Shown here: positions 12,650-26,990 of the stretch, in pieces
Numbering within the stretch: the first letter of the stretch is position 1
Layout of the letters: each line of letters starts with the position of its first letter
Assembly: GCA_951406725.2 (NCBI GenBank)
Contig: OX597837.1
Coordinates: forward strand, 7,316,001-7,380,000
From: Octopus vulgaris
Lineage: Eukaryota
DNA length: 64,000 nucleotides
Direction: 5' to 3'
Program-made: the position numbers and the translations under genes
Notes under the pieces: model-generated
Seen by the model: the letters and a program-made list of their open reading frames with translations, nothing else
Database searches by the model: none
Told to the model about the DNA's origin: nothing

Positions 12650-13018
12650 TTTTTTTCTCTCCTTGTTTTTTCTGTGTCCCTTTCTGTAGAAGAGCGTAGG
12701 CTCGAAACGTAAAAGACTTATTCTATTCCTGAGTGTTATACTAATACATCTGTTTGTTTTGTACACCACCCGTCTTCGTCTTTTGTTTTTTTCGTAAATT
12801 CTCCCTATATATATATATATATATATATATAGACTGATAGATCGTTAGCCACTACACACATTTTTTTCTCTCCTTGTTTCTTCTGTTTCCCTTCCTGTAG
12901 AAGAGCATAGGCTCGAAATGTAAGAGACTTTTTCTATTCCTGAGTGTTATACTAATACATCTGTTCGTTTTGTACACCACCTGCCTTCATCTTTTGCTTT
13001 TTTCCGTAAACTCTCCCT

Positions 13019-13019
<1 letters not shown>
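12650..13019 (+). repeat. Two tandem ~160-200 nt units, each with a variant hammerhead-like motif (CTGTAGA core)
   Basis: CTTT-CTGTAGA-A-GAGC(gtag)GCTC-GAAA-CG-TA-AAAG at 12680-12715 and a second copy at about 12891-12928. Units are separated by (TA)n. Confidence 0.55.
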
Positions 13020-13093
<74 letters not shown>

Positions 13094-13557
13094 AGCTTGT
13101 ACTATGGGCCACTTGCTCATTTCCTCAGCTGCCAGTGAAAAATCAATCACGATGGCCTCAGAATGCACCACTTCAATATCCCCTATGATACGTAGCAGAC
13201 TTTACCCATCAATTCCCATGTAGCTGTTGCAACATCAAACCAGATGCAGCTGTAAATATGCACCAATCACACTGCAAATATTTCCCCCTATTATCGCATA
13301 CAGATTCTTTCTTTCATTCTTTAGTCTTTCTGTCACATGCATCTGCTACATCCGTGATGAAGTCCCTTTTTCTGACTCCCATCTTCTGTTCCTTAATTAT
13401 TGTTCTGCTATTATTATTATTATTGTTATTATTATTATTATTACTATCATTGTTATTATTATTACTATCATTGTTATTATTATTACTATCATTGTTATTA
13501 TTATTACTATCATTGTTATTATTATTATTATCATTGTTATTATTATTATTATTACTG

Positions 13558-13642
<85 letters not shown>

Positions 13643-13901
13643 TACTATCATCATCATCATTATTATTATTATTATTATTATTCACAGTCTCCATGATAGC
13701 TTGCTTCGCTACACTCAGGCACCTCCACCCCTGCCTCGCCAGCATCCACCACCCCCACCCGATACCCATATACCATTAGGTGTCTTTAAGCGAACAGCTT
13801 TTATGTCACACTCTTCCCCCTCCCCCTTCTGAAGGATGACAAATTTCTTTGATGATAATATCTCACCTGCCTTTGTTTCATAATCACACATTATATGTGT
13901 G

Positions 13902-13979
<78 letters not shown>

Positions 13980-14019
13980 CATGAAATATATATACACACA
14001 CACACCTTATGTGTGTGTG

Positions 14020-14062
<43 letters not shown>

Positions 14063-14821
14063 ATCATTAAATATATATACACACATTATGTGCAAGTGTG
14101 TGTGTATGTATATATATAACACCAAATTTTCCTGCAATGTGTGTATACATATACCTCCATGTGTATATGGATGTGTGTTTGTGTGCATAGGTGTATGTAT
14201 GCATGTGTATATATATATATATATATATATGCATATATGCATACACGTATATATATATATATATATATATATATGCATACACATATACATGCATATGTAC
14301 ATGCACATGTATATACACATGCATATGTCCATGTGTGCATATATAATATACATATGTATATATACACACATATATATACACACACACCACACACACCACA
14401 CACATACATCTACGTACGTATATACACACTCTACGTGCACTTAGCTAGAATTTCTTATCACCTATGCATATTGTATTCAGTCACTTCAGAATATTCTCTT
14501 GTGGCAGAAACCATTCTATTCATCAGGAAACTACTCGGGAACCAGATTTTCAGCTGAAATTCCAAACCAACAACTCCACCCCCACCCCCACCAGCCCTGA
14601 ACACGTTCAATAAACACAGGCACCGACGCTTTCAAGAACGTGTAGCAAGGTCCTACACTCGGCGCCGTATTGTTTACTGCACTTGTTTGCAATGTTTTGA
14701 ATTGCTGGACGCCTTCCAAACCTTCAATCATATTGTGCAGCATCATAAAGTGTTCACTGTGTGTGTGTGTGTGTGGTATTTATGCATTTATGTACAGGTG
14801 AATACATACATATGTATATCA

Positions 14822-15322
14822 AGCATTTTTCTTTGGTTTGTTTCAGTCAATAGACAGGGGCCTCTGTGGGGCACGGCCCTCAAGAACTTACAGTGGAATG
14901 TATTGGCCCCAGTACTTTTCAAAAAAAAATTTTTTTTAAAGCCTAGTACTTATTCTATCAACCTCTTTGGCGAAATCACTAAGTTAATGGAATGTAAACA
15001 CACTAACACCGGCTGTCAAACAGTGAAGGAGGGAACAAACACACACACACACATACATACATACATACATATACATACATATATATACATACATACATAT
15101 ATATACATACATATACATACATATATATATACATACATATACATACATATATATATATATACGACGGGCTTCTTTCAGTTTCCGTCTACCAAATCCACTC
15201 ACAAGGCTTTGGTCAGCCCGAGGCTATAGTAGAAGACACGTGCCCAAGGTGCCATGCAGTGGGACTGAACCCAGAACCATGTGGTTGGTAAGCAAGCTAC
15301 TTACCACACAGCCGTTCCTGCG
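14822..15322 (-). mobile_element. SINE family B
   Basis: Colinear with 2151-2527. Confidence 0.8.
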
Positions 15323-15336
15323 ATGAAGAATTTTGG

Positions 15337-15832
15337 GGAACAACATACTTTTGTATGAAATTCTGTTTCGGTTTGAGAAAATCTTTTACCAAGACATTTA
15401 ATGTTGCCATAAGCTTTCAGGAAGCATTTTTAGAGACATATGCCATGTCATGGGGGAATTACAAGATCCAATATCGATTTTTTTTTATTTCTTTCTTTTC
15501 ATATCAGGAATAACATGAAGATGGTCAATGTTCTGGATGATCATCCATGACAACATGGCATCAACAATGACATTGTGAAAGATTGGATCATGTGGCAATC
15601 TACAAGAACTGTTGACTAACTGGCCATGAAGGTTCCAAAGATGTAGACATCTATAATCATTTCAATGCTACATGATTAATTTTTTTTTTAAAGAAAAACT
15701 GAATATGCATCATGTTACAGCAAAGTTTGTATCATGTAGCTGCAGGCCATTTCAATGCTACATGATTTTTTTTTTAAAGAAAAACTGAAAATGCATCATG
15801 TTACAGCAAAGTTTGTATCATGTAGCTGCAGG
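15337..15832 (+). mobile_element. Degenerate mariner transposase N-terminal remnant with local duplications
   Basis: Fragments MKFCFGLRKSFTKTF and KEKLKMHHVTAKFV resemble mariner HTH-linker motifs (IKFCF.LGK..TETF; KL.MR.V.AKFVP). The last ~85 nt recur at about 15750 and 15930. Confidence 0.6.
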
Positions 15833-16508
15833 CATGGGTCTGTAGTTCGGAAGTTTGGTTTCAAACCATGTAGTTTGGGGTTCAGCCCCATTGTATGGCA
15901 TCTTGGACATGATGTAGACATCTGTAACCATTCCATGCTACATGTTTATCTTTTTTAAAAAAAACTGAAGATGCATCATGTTGCAGCGATGTTTGGTGTC
16001 ATGTAGCTGCAGACATGGGTGTGTGGTTTGGAAGTTTGGTTTCAAACCATGTAGTTTGGGTTTCAGTCCCTGTTTGGCACCTTGGGCAAGTGTCTTTGAC
16101 TGCACCTCTAGGTTGACTGAAGCATAAGGCTTAGAATTGGTATGGAGAAACCGAAAGAAGTAGACCATATATGAGAGATTGTGTGCATGTGTGTTTATAT
16201 TATATGGGCACAGGGATAGCTGTATAGCTAAACTGTTCATTTACAAACCCTGTGGTTTCAAGTTCAATTCATAGAGACTCCCTATCAACCTACATACATA
16301 TATTCGTTCATATATCCATACGTAAAAAGAGAATCGCTAACAAACTGATTCTCATGCCAAGCCAAAAAATAAAAAATAAATTAATGATAATAATAATTAT
16401 AAACCAAAAAAATATTTATCATTTTTTTGTATTATTTAATATCATTTCAGAAAATAATAACTTTAACCAAAATTTTACCAGAAAATTCCCAAGCAAAAAA
16501 AAAAAAAA

Positions 16509-16550
<42 letters not shown>

Positions 16551-18405
16551 TAAAAATGAAATAAGAAAAAAGCTTATGGAAATTGATTATAATTAATGCT
16601 GAATAAAAAAAACAAGTATTTCTAAAGGTTTACCACAACCAATTGTTAAGCAAGCCTTTCACCAACTACTTCTACTACTGTTTTGTGCAACAAAGTATGT
16701 GTATGGGGAGGGGATACCGGTTCTCAGGCTCAGTTTGCATATATTCTCTCTGTCTTTCTCTCACTGTTGTTGGAGAGACTATAATATGTGAAGCCTTTGC
16801 TTTTAGTAAATAATCGACCATTGCTGCTCATGGATGAGAAAGACTCGGTAATGCGTACTATGCTTTTGCTAACTATTTCAGATGCCTATGTAGTCATGAG
16901 CAGACACAGATATCCTCTCGCTGTCTTTGATTGTCCTACCCTTTGATCCAATGTCACATCCAGGATGTGAAGCTGATAGAAGGGAGTATCGATCAGCTGA
17001 TACTCAGGTAGTGCACATTTTCAGCTGAGGAAAGACTAGAGCAATGTAAATGAAGTGCTTTGCTCAAGGACGAAATGCAATGCTTGGTTCAGGAATTGAA
17101 CTCATTATGATCCTCAGCCAGATACCCTAACCATTAAGCCACATCCTTCATAATAAATAGGTAAATAATTAACCCTTCTATACCAGTCATACCAACCTAC
17201 TTGTGACTGCCCTTGTGATTTATTTTAAAAACTTCCTACAAAACTTGTTAATTTATGTTCCAAACACCAGCTTAATGACAAATTTATTACAATAAATTTT
17301 TAATTATTTTCAAAATTAATTAAAAATAAAGCAGTTACTATATTTCATTAGAAATACAATAATCAAAGGACTAAAGTGATCTTATTTCACCCCTTAACAT
17401 TTAAACAGGCCATATTCATCCGAAATATTTTACCTGTTTTATGTTCAAACTGGCCAGATTTGGCCCCTCACACCTACCCTACAATATCATTCTAAAAATT
17501 AACAGTTGCATCATAAAGACCTGAAAGCTCTAAGACAATGCAAGATTAATTCAAACCAATTTGAATAAACAAGTATTACATTTCACAGAATAATCTGAAA
17601 GCTAAAGGGTTAAAAACATTCCGTGAAAATTCCTTGTTAATTTATGTATCAAATGCCAGTTCAGTAATGACTAAGTTATTTTATTAAATTCTTCTTGGTT
17701 TTCAAAATCAATTGCAAAAAAAAGGCAGCGTATTTCATCAGGAATATGGTAACAAAAGGGCTATAAAATGATCTGGTTGTTTCCGCATTCTTCGAAGAAT
17801 TCTTCCTTTTTATAAAAAAAAAGAAAAGTTTGGCTATTATTTTTGCCAGTTCAGTTGACCTCGAAAAGGTTCCTTTCATTGGTTTAGCAAACAACCAAGT
17901 CAAAACCACATCATTGGCTCCTGTTCCAGAACTGGTCTACCATTATTATTGTCAGTAATAGATTCTCCAGAGTTTTACCATATTAAGACATTCCAAATTT
18001 AATTAGATGAATTTGCTCAATCGTTCAAGCTAAGACATTTTTTTTTTCCTTCATTCCTTTTTTTTTTTTATTTTAGTTAAATGATAAGATACTTATTTTT
18101 TTTCTCCCCTCTAAACTTTGGCCTTTTTTTCTTTCTTTATTTTAGCTGAGCACAGAATACAAATATATTTATAGCTGTGCCAAATGTAGGAAAGCGGCAG
18201 AGTTTTAGTTAATGTGGCAGTGAACCAAATTGCATTATTGCAACAATGTTGCATCGAGTTAAACCAAGAATGGAGAAAACTATTCCTAGGAAACTAATTG
18301 TTGCAATTCTGTCTTAAAAAAAAAAAAAAAAAAAACAAGCACCACCACCTCCACCTAAACAAAAATTTTATGGAATATAACACAATTTATTTCTTACAAA
18401 GGTGC

Positions 18406-18899
18406 AAGAAGAGAAATATTGGCAGTGATAATGGCAGGAAAAAAAGCTGGTCGATTCTATCATCCCCAGTACATGACTGGTATTCATTGATCCAGGAGGG
18501 ATAAAAACCAAAGTTCACCGCAGTGAAATTTGAACTCAGAATGTAAAGAGCCGCAACTACATTGCACAAAGCATTTTGTCAGATTCTTAGACAATTCTGC
18601 CAATCACCAGTCAATGGAATCAATCACCAGTCAATGGAATTTTACTGGAAGATTTAAGAAGAGAAATATTGGTGGTAATAATGGTAGAGAGAAAAACTGG
18701 TTGATTATATCATCCCCAGGATATGACTGGCATTTATTGATCCAGGAGGGATAAGAAGCAAAGTTCACAGCAATGAAATTTGAACTCAGAATGTAAAGAG
18801 CTGTAACTACATTGCACAAAGCATTTTGACAGATTCTTTGACAATTCTGCCAATCACCAGTCAATGGAATCAATCACCTGTCAATGGAATTTTACTGGA
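18406..18899 (+). repeat. Tandem duplication, 2 x 250 bp, containing a decayed family C SINE
   Basis: aagaagagaaatattgg...tcaatggaattttactgga at 18406 and 18656. Confidence 0.9.
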
Positions 18900-19312
18900 T
18901 GATTTAAAAACTATAAAGTATCAAAATGAAATATCTGAGATGCATTTCACTTACTGAAATGACCTGCTGCTAAGAACATTTTTCTTTGAACTCTTAGATT
19001 ATTTTCCCTTCATATATTTGAAAAGGAAAATCTTTCCCGAAATATTATTGACACATTAAACAACCAATGTAAGGTAAAACAATATCATTTCTCTTTGCTT
19101 TCATTTATTGACATTACCTAAATATTTTGCCTGCTTCTCACTTGCATTGCTCAAAATTTTCCTTAAATATATTGTTTATATACTGCAATGTTTATATATA
19201 GAGAGGCCTTTAGCCAACAGGTTTTAAAATCTGATGATACACCATAAAGCTAAACCCTTTAGGGATGTGAAACCCAAGATAATCTCATAAACCAGCCTTA
19301 TCTGACTTTAAT

Positions 19313-19351
<39 letters not shown>

Positions 19352-20057
19352 CATGCACATACACTGTATAGATAGTGTGCTTGGAATAGACTACATAGGC
19401 CTATCATCAAAGTGGTTCCAAGTATGACCATCTCACCAATTACATTAACATGTCCTTATTTTTTAGTTTTTTTAAAAGAAGACAGTAGGAAGGGCAATGT
19501 GTGATCTGAGGGAAATTATGACTTATTTCTAGATGGTCAAGCAGTCACATAGAGGCTTCCTCCTCATTAGCTCAATATTGTCAATATTGTTGTCTTCAAT
19601 AACACACCTATTCTCATAATTACTTGCAGTAAATAGATTAATTAAATCAATGATATTAATTAATGGATCATTAAGTGAGTAAACTAAATAAATCTCAATC
19701 AATTAATTAATTAATTAATTAATAAACCTTAATTAGTTCGCAGAGAGAAATGTTGAAAACTGAGTCCTGAGAAAATAAGGTTTAAAAAAAACCCTAAGGT
19801 ACCTGCATTTAATAAGAAGGGTACAGGTATGAGTGTAAAGGGTTTGGTTAGAAAATTAGGGGTTTGTTGATGTTTGTAGAATGAGTAGGGAGGAAAATAA
19901 ATGATCGACCCAGGGCTTGGAGGACAGGACCGAAGGAAAAGAAGAGAGGATTAAAGAAAATTGAAGGAGAGAATTATGGAAATAGACAGAGTGATTAAGA
20001 CAGGAAGAGAGAGAGAGAGAGAGAGAGAGATTAGACAAATGAAGTGGTTAGACTTAC

Positions 20058-20111
20058 CTTTGATCCCCGTTCATTAAAGATTATTTCTACATCTAAAATA
20101 TGTCCGAATTG
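20058..20111 (-). CDS. RBFOX1: RBFOX homologue coding exon, 54 nt (QFGHILDVEIIFNERGSK)
   Basis: Near-identical to vertebrate QFGKILDVEIIFNERGSK with the same exon boundaries. Acceptor GTCTTTTCAG, donor AAG|GTAAGT, in frame with 31013-31159. Confidence 0.97.
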
Positions 20112-20444
20112 CTGAAAAGACAACATGGTCACTACTGATGCTTTATGATGTCGAGAACAGGGAAGAAATGAAGGCATATTTAGGGTCTGGGGCAAATAGT
20201 AGGGGTTAGGGTTATATAAGGGCAGAAGATAGAAATCACTGCTTATTATTATTATTCTTGTTGATGATGACAATGATGATGATGTTGTTGATGATGGCTG
20301 TTCAGTGCCAGGTCAGTCCAGATAAAAGAGAACTATGCTCAAAGCCGTTCCAGTCTTGACCATCCCATCTAGTTATTTATCTATTTATCTAAAGCATTTA
20401 AACTAACTCCACAGTACCATTACAATATATATATATATATAAAA

Positions 20445-20768
20445 GGAGCACCTTGGGAGTTATGACAACGAGGGTCCTAGCTGATATGATCAATGGAAAA
20501 CTTGCTTGTGAAATTAACATGCAAGTGGCTGAGAACTCCACAGACGCATGTACCCTTGATGTAGTTCTCAGGGAGATTTAGCGTGACACAGAGTGTGACA
20601 AGGCTGGTCCTTTGAAATACAGGTACTACTCATATTTGCCAGCTGAGTGGACTGGAACAACGTGAAATAAAGTGTCTTGCTCAAGGAGAGAATGCGTCGC
20701 TGGGAATTGAACTCACATCCTTACAATCGTGAGTCAAATGCCCTAACCACTAAGCCACATGCCTTCAC
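20445..20768 (-). mobile_element. tRNA/CORE-type SINE, family D
   Basis: Minus-strand head TGGCTTAGTGGTTAGG...GAGTTCAATTCCC, then CCTTGAGCAAGACACTTTATTTCAC. Second copy at 41858-42164. Confidence 0.8.
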
Positions 20769-20829
20769 TGACTGGGTATTATCTGATGGTTGATGATTGA
20801 TTTAGATATATTTCTCCATTTTCTCATTT

Positions 20830-20881
<52 letters not shown>

Positions 20882-20942
20882 ACCATCCAACCCATGCTAG
20901 CATGGAAAATGGACATATGATGATTATATATATGTATAATTA

Positions 20943-20989
<47 letters not shown>

Positions 20990-21989
20990 TATATAATTAT
21001 ATATATATATATATATATATATGCATTTATGTATATGCATACATACATTCAAACATATATATGAAAAAATAATAAAATTGGGGATATAATGGAAATTGTT
21101 GGGGGCAGGGAGATGGGGTAAATTTCACAAGTGAAAACCAAAGCAATTGTACATAAATATGTATGTTTATGTGATTGCTTGTGTGTGTGTGTATACATGT
21201 ATGTATATACAGATAGTGTATACACACGTAGACACATACACATACCTGCTTAGACACTCAAACATACATATTTTTTTTTCTTTACATCATCTGTGAGGTT
21301 TCTCATTATGTATGTATATATATGTATATATATGTGTATGTGTGTATATATAAATATATATAAACACACATGTGCTTTATAGAAAAAAATTCTTGGCTCT
21401 AAAAGCAAGGTCGAAAATGGTTTCTGGAACCAAAAAAAAAAGACCTACTGGGGTTTTATTTCACTGGAAATCAATCAATAACTTCATGATTGACATTCTG
21501 GTATTAACAGATTTATTAAGGTTCAAAGGGATATAAATGGAATTAAAAAAAAAAATGAAGGAAGAGAAAGCTGGATTGATGGGATCAAAACTAGGGCACA
21601 GATATTCTTTCCTCTCCTTTTTTTTTTTTTGGATTGGTGAGAGGGATAATAAAGGGAGATAATCTGCACTATATTAGGATTTCCTTATCATTTACTTTTT
21701 TCGAACGATAAGCTCAAAGAATGATATCATATCAAAAAAAAAAAAAAAAAAAAAAATCGGCAATTTCTTTGCATGGCACTTTGGTGATAGAATTGATGGA
21801 AGCTTTTATAAAAGACTTGATGATGAAGAATACAGATGAAGCTGATATGACTTGCTGAGAAAAACCAATATTGGCTGGAATACAATAACGTGGTGAGGTT
21901 TCAGTTCTCGTTCGGTAAGTATGGTTGTCTTTTGGTACAGGTACTGCGTGATGTGGTTGCCAAATAATAACATAGCTCATGGATTTCCA

Positions 21990-22025
<36 letters not shown>

Positions 22026-22060
22026 AATATTTATACATATGTGTGTATATATATGTATAC

Positions 22061-22092
<32 letters not shown>

Positions 22093-22199
22093 ATGTATAT
22101 GTGTGTAAATAAGTAACAAGGATGTCCAGAGTGGCTCCATTTAATCAATTAATGGAAACAGTACATCAATTTACATCATTTACAATTGTGTGTGTGTGC

Positions 22200-22229
<30 letters not shown>

Positions 22230-22231
<2 letters not shown>

Positions 22232-22468
22232 TGGTAAAAACGGTAAGATAACAAAAGAAAGAAAGAGACCTCAATATTATGTAAATAGAGGAAATTTATC
22301 TGTAAAATAATATGTGACAATTATTCAATAGCCAAGATAAAACGAGTTTCGGATGCTGAGGTGGAAATGGCCAGATAACCAAAGAGATGGTATTGTCGGT
22401 TTCTACCTCGGCATCTGAAACTCAGAGTTTTATCTTGACTATTGAGTAATTGCAACATATTATTTTAT
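22230..22468. repeat. Foldback element related to 1971-2137
   Basis: 22303-22367 pairs with 22400-22468. 22230-22355 is an inverted copy of about 2008-2137. Confidence 0.75.
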
Positions 22469-22780
22469 ATATATATATATGAATGCATATATATATATAT
22501 ATATATGTGTTTGTATATATAAAAATATATATATGTATATCTATATATCTATATATATATATATATATACATATATATACAAGAGCATGTATGTATATAT
22601 ATATATATAAGTATGTATGTGTGTATGTATATATATATATATATATACACATATATATACAAGAGCATGTATGTATATATATATATATAAGTATGTATGT
22701 GTGTATGTAGATATATATATATATATACACATATATATACAAGAGCATGTATGTATATATATATATGTATGTATGTGTAT

Positions 22781-22819
<39 letters not shown>

Positions 22820-23864
22820 CAAGAGCATGTATTTATGTATGTAAAACAATGAGTAATGCACAGGATTTATTCTGGCAATGAGACTAAAGCACGTTTATTA
22901 AAGACATAAAGACACTATATGATTTCCTTATGCTCATTTATTCATAATATTTTAGTTTAACTTGTTTCAGTCATTTGACTGTGGCCATGCTGGAGCACTG
23001 CCTTTTAGTTGAGTACATCGACCCCCAGGACTTATTCTTTGTAAGCCTAGTACTTATTCTATCGGTCTCATTTGCCGAACTGATCATGGTTCTGCTAGAT
23101 TAAGGCTAATTCTGGGATTAAGAATAGAATAAACACACATATACAGAAGGAGATCGCATACACAGGGATTCATATGACAAACGCATCCAGTTTAAGTAGT
23201 CTAAGATCTAACAGTTTGGTTCCTTTATTCTTCTTCTGAGAGTGAAGAGGACCGAGAAGTGGTGTCGGTACTAAGGAATGTTTATTGATCCATAAGCTTG
23301 CGTGACCATGCCACTTCCTTCTCGCTTCTTCATATTCTTATGAAGAATAAGAGCTGGAAACATTAAAATTCCTCATTCTAGATCATAAGGGTTGCTGAAT
23401 TCTGTTATGGACTAACTACACTAAAGGAAAACCATCGCATACCTGCCATGTTCTAGATTCTACCCAAAGGTATATATATGTAACCAGGGATGTGTGTATG
23501 TATTCTATGACAAACACCAACACACAGAAACTTACAAATATATACACATACACATATATATGCATACATGAACATTAACAAATATATATGCATACAAGAC
23601 TATCAACAAAGATATATGCATAACATATACGCATACAGAGATGTTAACAGATATATACACATACACAATTATTAACAAATACATATGCATATATGAACAT
23701 ATATATACACAAACAAATACGCATGTACAAACATTAACAACATATATACACATACACAAGGCAGGGTGTGGAAATAAGAAAGATATAGAATTGTAGAATG
23801 GAAGGTGACCCCATGCCCACCCCACCTTTGGTAAGATTTGGAAAAATAGAAAATAAATCAGGAA

Positions 23865-24302
23865 TCCACTCACAAGGCTTTGGTCAACCCGTGGCTATAG
23901 TAGAAGACACTTGCCCAAGGTGCCACACAGTGGGACTGAACCCGGAACCATGTGGTTTGTAAGCAAGCTACTTACCACACAGCCACTCATGCGCCTATTT
24001 CCAAAGGATTAAATAACAGTTACCCCTGGATCTGGATGATTAACAGACAAAAAACAGAATCCAGAGATGACCTTAGAACCAAGTGCTCAGCCTTTGGTAT
24101 ACTCTTTTACTTGTTTCAGTCATTTGACTGCGGCCATGCTGGAGCACCACCTTTAGTCGAGCAAATCGACCCCAGGACTTATTCTTTGTAAGCCCAGTAC
24201 TTATTCTATCGGTCTCTTTTGCCAAACCGCTAAGTGACGGGGATGTAAACACACCAGCATCGGTTGTCAAGCAATGCTAGGGGGACAAACACAGACACAC
24301 AA

Positions 24303-24358
<56 letters not shown>

Positions 24359-24522
24359 GACAGGCTTCTTCCAGTTTCTGTCTACCAAATCCACTCACAA
24401 GGCTTTGGTCAGCCCGAGGCTATAGCGGAAGACACTTGCCCAAGATGCCACACAGTGGGACTGAACCCGGAACCATGTGGTTGGTAAGCAAGCTACTTAC
24501 CACACAGCCACTCCTGCGCCTA
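23865..24522 (-). mobile_element. SINE family B: head fragment (23865-23997) plus full copy (24100-24522)
   Basis: Colinear with other family B copies. Confidence 0.8.
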
Positions 24523-24951
24523 TATCAATCTTCTCTTTTCTTATTAAAAATAGGGAGGATGAAACAGTTTGTTTGCTGGGTTTTGAGCCAAGAACCTAAA
24601 ACTAGATTTTTCTATAAACTTCATTCCATTGTTCTTTGCATTAGCACTTAGAGATTTATGAGACACAACTGTCATACTTTGATAATTTCTATTGTTTTCC
24701 TTAACATTTTAGGGTAAATTCAGTTCAATATATGTAAACCAGTTCACCTTCATTGTTCTCCAGCCTATATCCAGCTTCCCACTATGTATAAATACAGAAC
24801 ACTAAATAGAATCCGTCCTCTCTCATCCAGTACGCTGCCAAAAATGCAGTTCTCTCTCTCTCTCTTTCATTTGGCCCTTCATTCAGCGAATGAACAAGTC
24901 CTTTCGGTTTCTAGCAGGCCTATCACTCTTTTCTACCCAGAGCCAAGGGTA

Positions 24952-25362
24952 CAGAGCTGGCAGAAACGTTAGCACGCCGGGCAAAATGCGTAGCCGTATT
25001 TCGTCTGCCGCTACGTTCTGAGTTCAAATTCCGCTGAGGTTGACTTTGCCTTTCATCCTTTCGGGGTCGATAAATTAAGTACCAGTTACGCACTGGGGTC
25101 GATGTAATCGACTTAATATCTATGTCTGTCCTTGTTTGTCCCCTCTATGTTTAGCCCCTTGTGGGTAGTAAAGAAATAGGTATTTCGTCTGCTGCTACGT
25201 TTTGAGTTCAAATTCAGCCGAGGTCGACTTTGCCTTTCATCCTTTCGGGGTCGATAAATTATGTACCAGTTACGCAATGGGGTCGATGTAACCGATTTAA
25301 TACCTTTGTCTGTCCATGTTTGACCCCTCTATGTTTAGCCCCTTGTGGGTAATAAAGAAATA
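24952..25362 (+). mobile_element. SINE family C with tandemly duplicated 3' portion
   Basis: CTGGCAGAAACGTTAG head and B box GAGTTCAAATTCC. A ~180-nt block is repeated at about 24998 and 25180. Confidence 0.8.
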
Positions 25363-26449
25363 GGTACAGATGCATTTTGGTGAAGGAGGAAGAGACAAAG
25401 AAGAGGAAGGATAAAGAAAATGAGGAAGAGGAAGCATAGGAACACATGGATGAGGAGGAAGGAAAGGAAGAAGAGATGGTGGGATGGTTACTTTGCCTTA
25501 CTGACCACTAAGGGATTTGAACTCAGATCTCAAAGAGAAGGGGCTTACCATTATTGCTGCTACTGCTATTGCTATTATTCGGCCCCACATCAATCCTGAT
25601 GACCCCAAGCACTCCAGCCATTCCCATCCTCACTCATTTCCCTGGTATAGTTTATCTAGGATTACCCAAATCCTATGTACCAATTCTGGTGAGATTAGGA
25701 GTTTTGGCTGTTATATCTAGCAGCTTAAGTGTCCTGCTACTGTTGTATAACCCTAGGTCACCTACATGAGTTCATTTACGATAACCACCCTCTCTCCCTT
25801 GTTTTCAGGCATAGTCTATAAAGGACTACAAAGAATAATGTAACTCACTTGTTCATATAGCTACAATTGTTATCATTTAACCCCAGGCCAGCTGTAAATG
25901 AGCTCATCTATGATGATCCTCATTCCCTCCTTAATTTTGGTTTCAAAATTTGACTCGAGGCTGATAATTGCAAGAGAAGGGGCCAAATCGATTGGTCCTT
26001 ATTTTATCAACCCTGAAAGGATGAAAAGCAAAGTCAAGCTTGACTTTGGCGAAATTTGAACTCAGAATATAAACACGATTGGAAAAACAGTCTTTCTGCC
26101 TCAAATTTTAGGAATAGTGTAACAAGGAATACACACAAGACATTTGTAAAGCACTTGTTGGTATTGTTGCTGCTGTTGCTGTTGTGGTTGTTGTTGTTGT
26201 TGCTCATTACAGTTGTTGACATGTGTAAATAAATGAACGTTTTTAGAAAAGAAGAGAAGAAAAAGGAAGAAGAGAAAGGAAGAAAGATTATGAAAGAGTA
26301 ATATATATATATAAATATATATATAACATATATATATATACCTATATATAACATATATATATACTTATATATAACATATATGTATATATAACATATATGT
26401 ATATATAACATATGTATAACATATATATATATATATATATAACATATAT

Positions 26450-26486
<37 letters not shown>

Positions 26487-26950
26487 TATATTTACATAAC
26501 CATTGTAGAATTATATGCCCTGAACCACCACCACCACCACCATTTCTCCCAGTTACACTTTTAAGTCAACCCCACTGCCACCACCACCACCATCACCACC
26601 ACTGCTGCTGCTGCTGCCACCACCACTGCCACCACCACCGTCACCGGCACACGGTGAAGGGAGGAGGACGAGTTGTCATTCTTCGTTTTTTGTGAATGAA
26701 GTTCCTGATGCGCGCGCGGAGGGTTGTCTTGCAGTTGTCGTGTAATTCATAAAAACTCACCACCAGGCCAATGGAGACGGCGATAGAGAGAGAGAGGAGA
26801 AGTGACAGAGAGAAAAAAAAGAGAGAGAGAGAGACAGAAACAGACAGAGAAAGAGCAAGAAAGAGAGAGAGAGAGAGAGAATAAGAGTGAAAGTAAGAAA
26901 GAAAGAAAGAAAGAGATTTTACATGTTAACATTGCACGTCTTCATCCAGG

Positions 26951-26990
26951 CATGCAAGGCACAGCATGCATTGGACCATGCATGCATGCA
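26951..26990 (-). promoter_or_regulatory. Cluster of five TGCATG (RBFOX-binding) motifs, sense to the pre-mRNA
   Basis: Plus-strand catgca at about 26951, 26965, 26977, 26981 and 26985. UGCAUG is the established RBFOX element. Confidence 0.5.

Noticed and set aside
13206-13249. 44-nt minus-strand AG/GT segment with an in-frame stop
   Set aside because: Weak pyrimidine tract and donor; chance occurrence is likely.
14531-14746. Minus-strand ORF containing VNNTAPSV, reminiscent of RBFOX VNNATARV
   Set aside because: Poor match, no proper acceptor, and it would precede the missing GFGFVTF exon.
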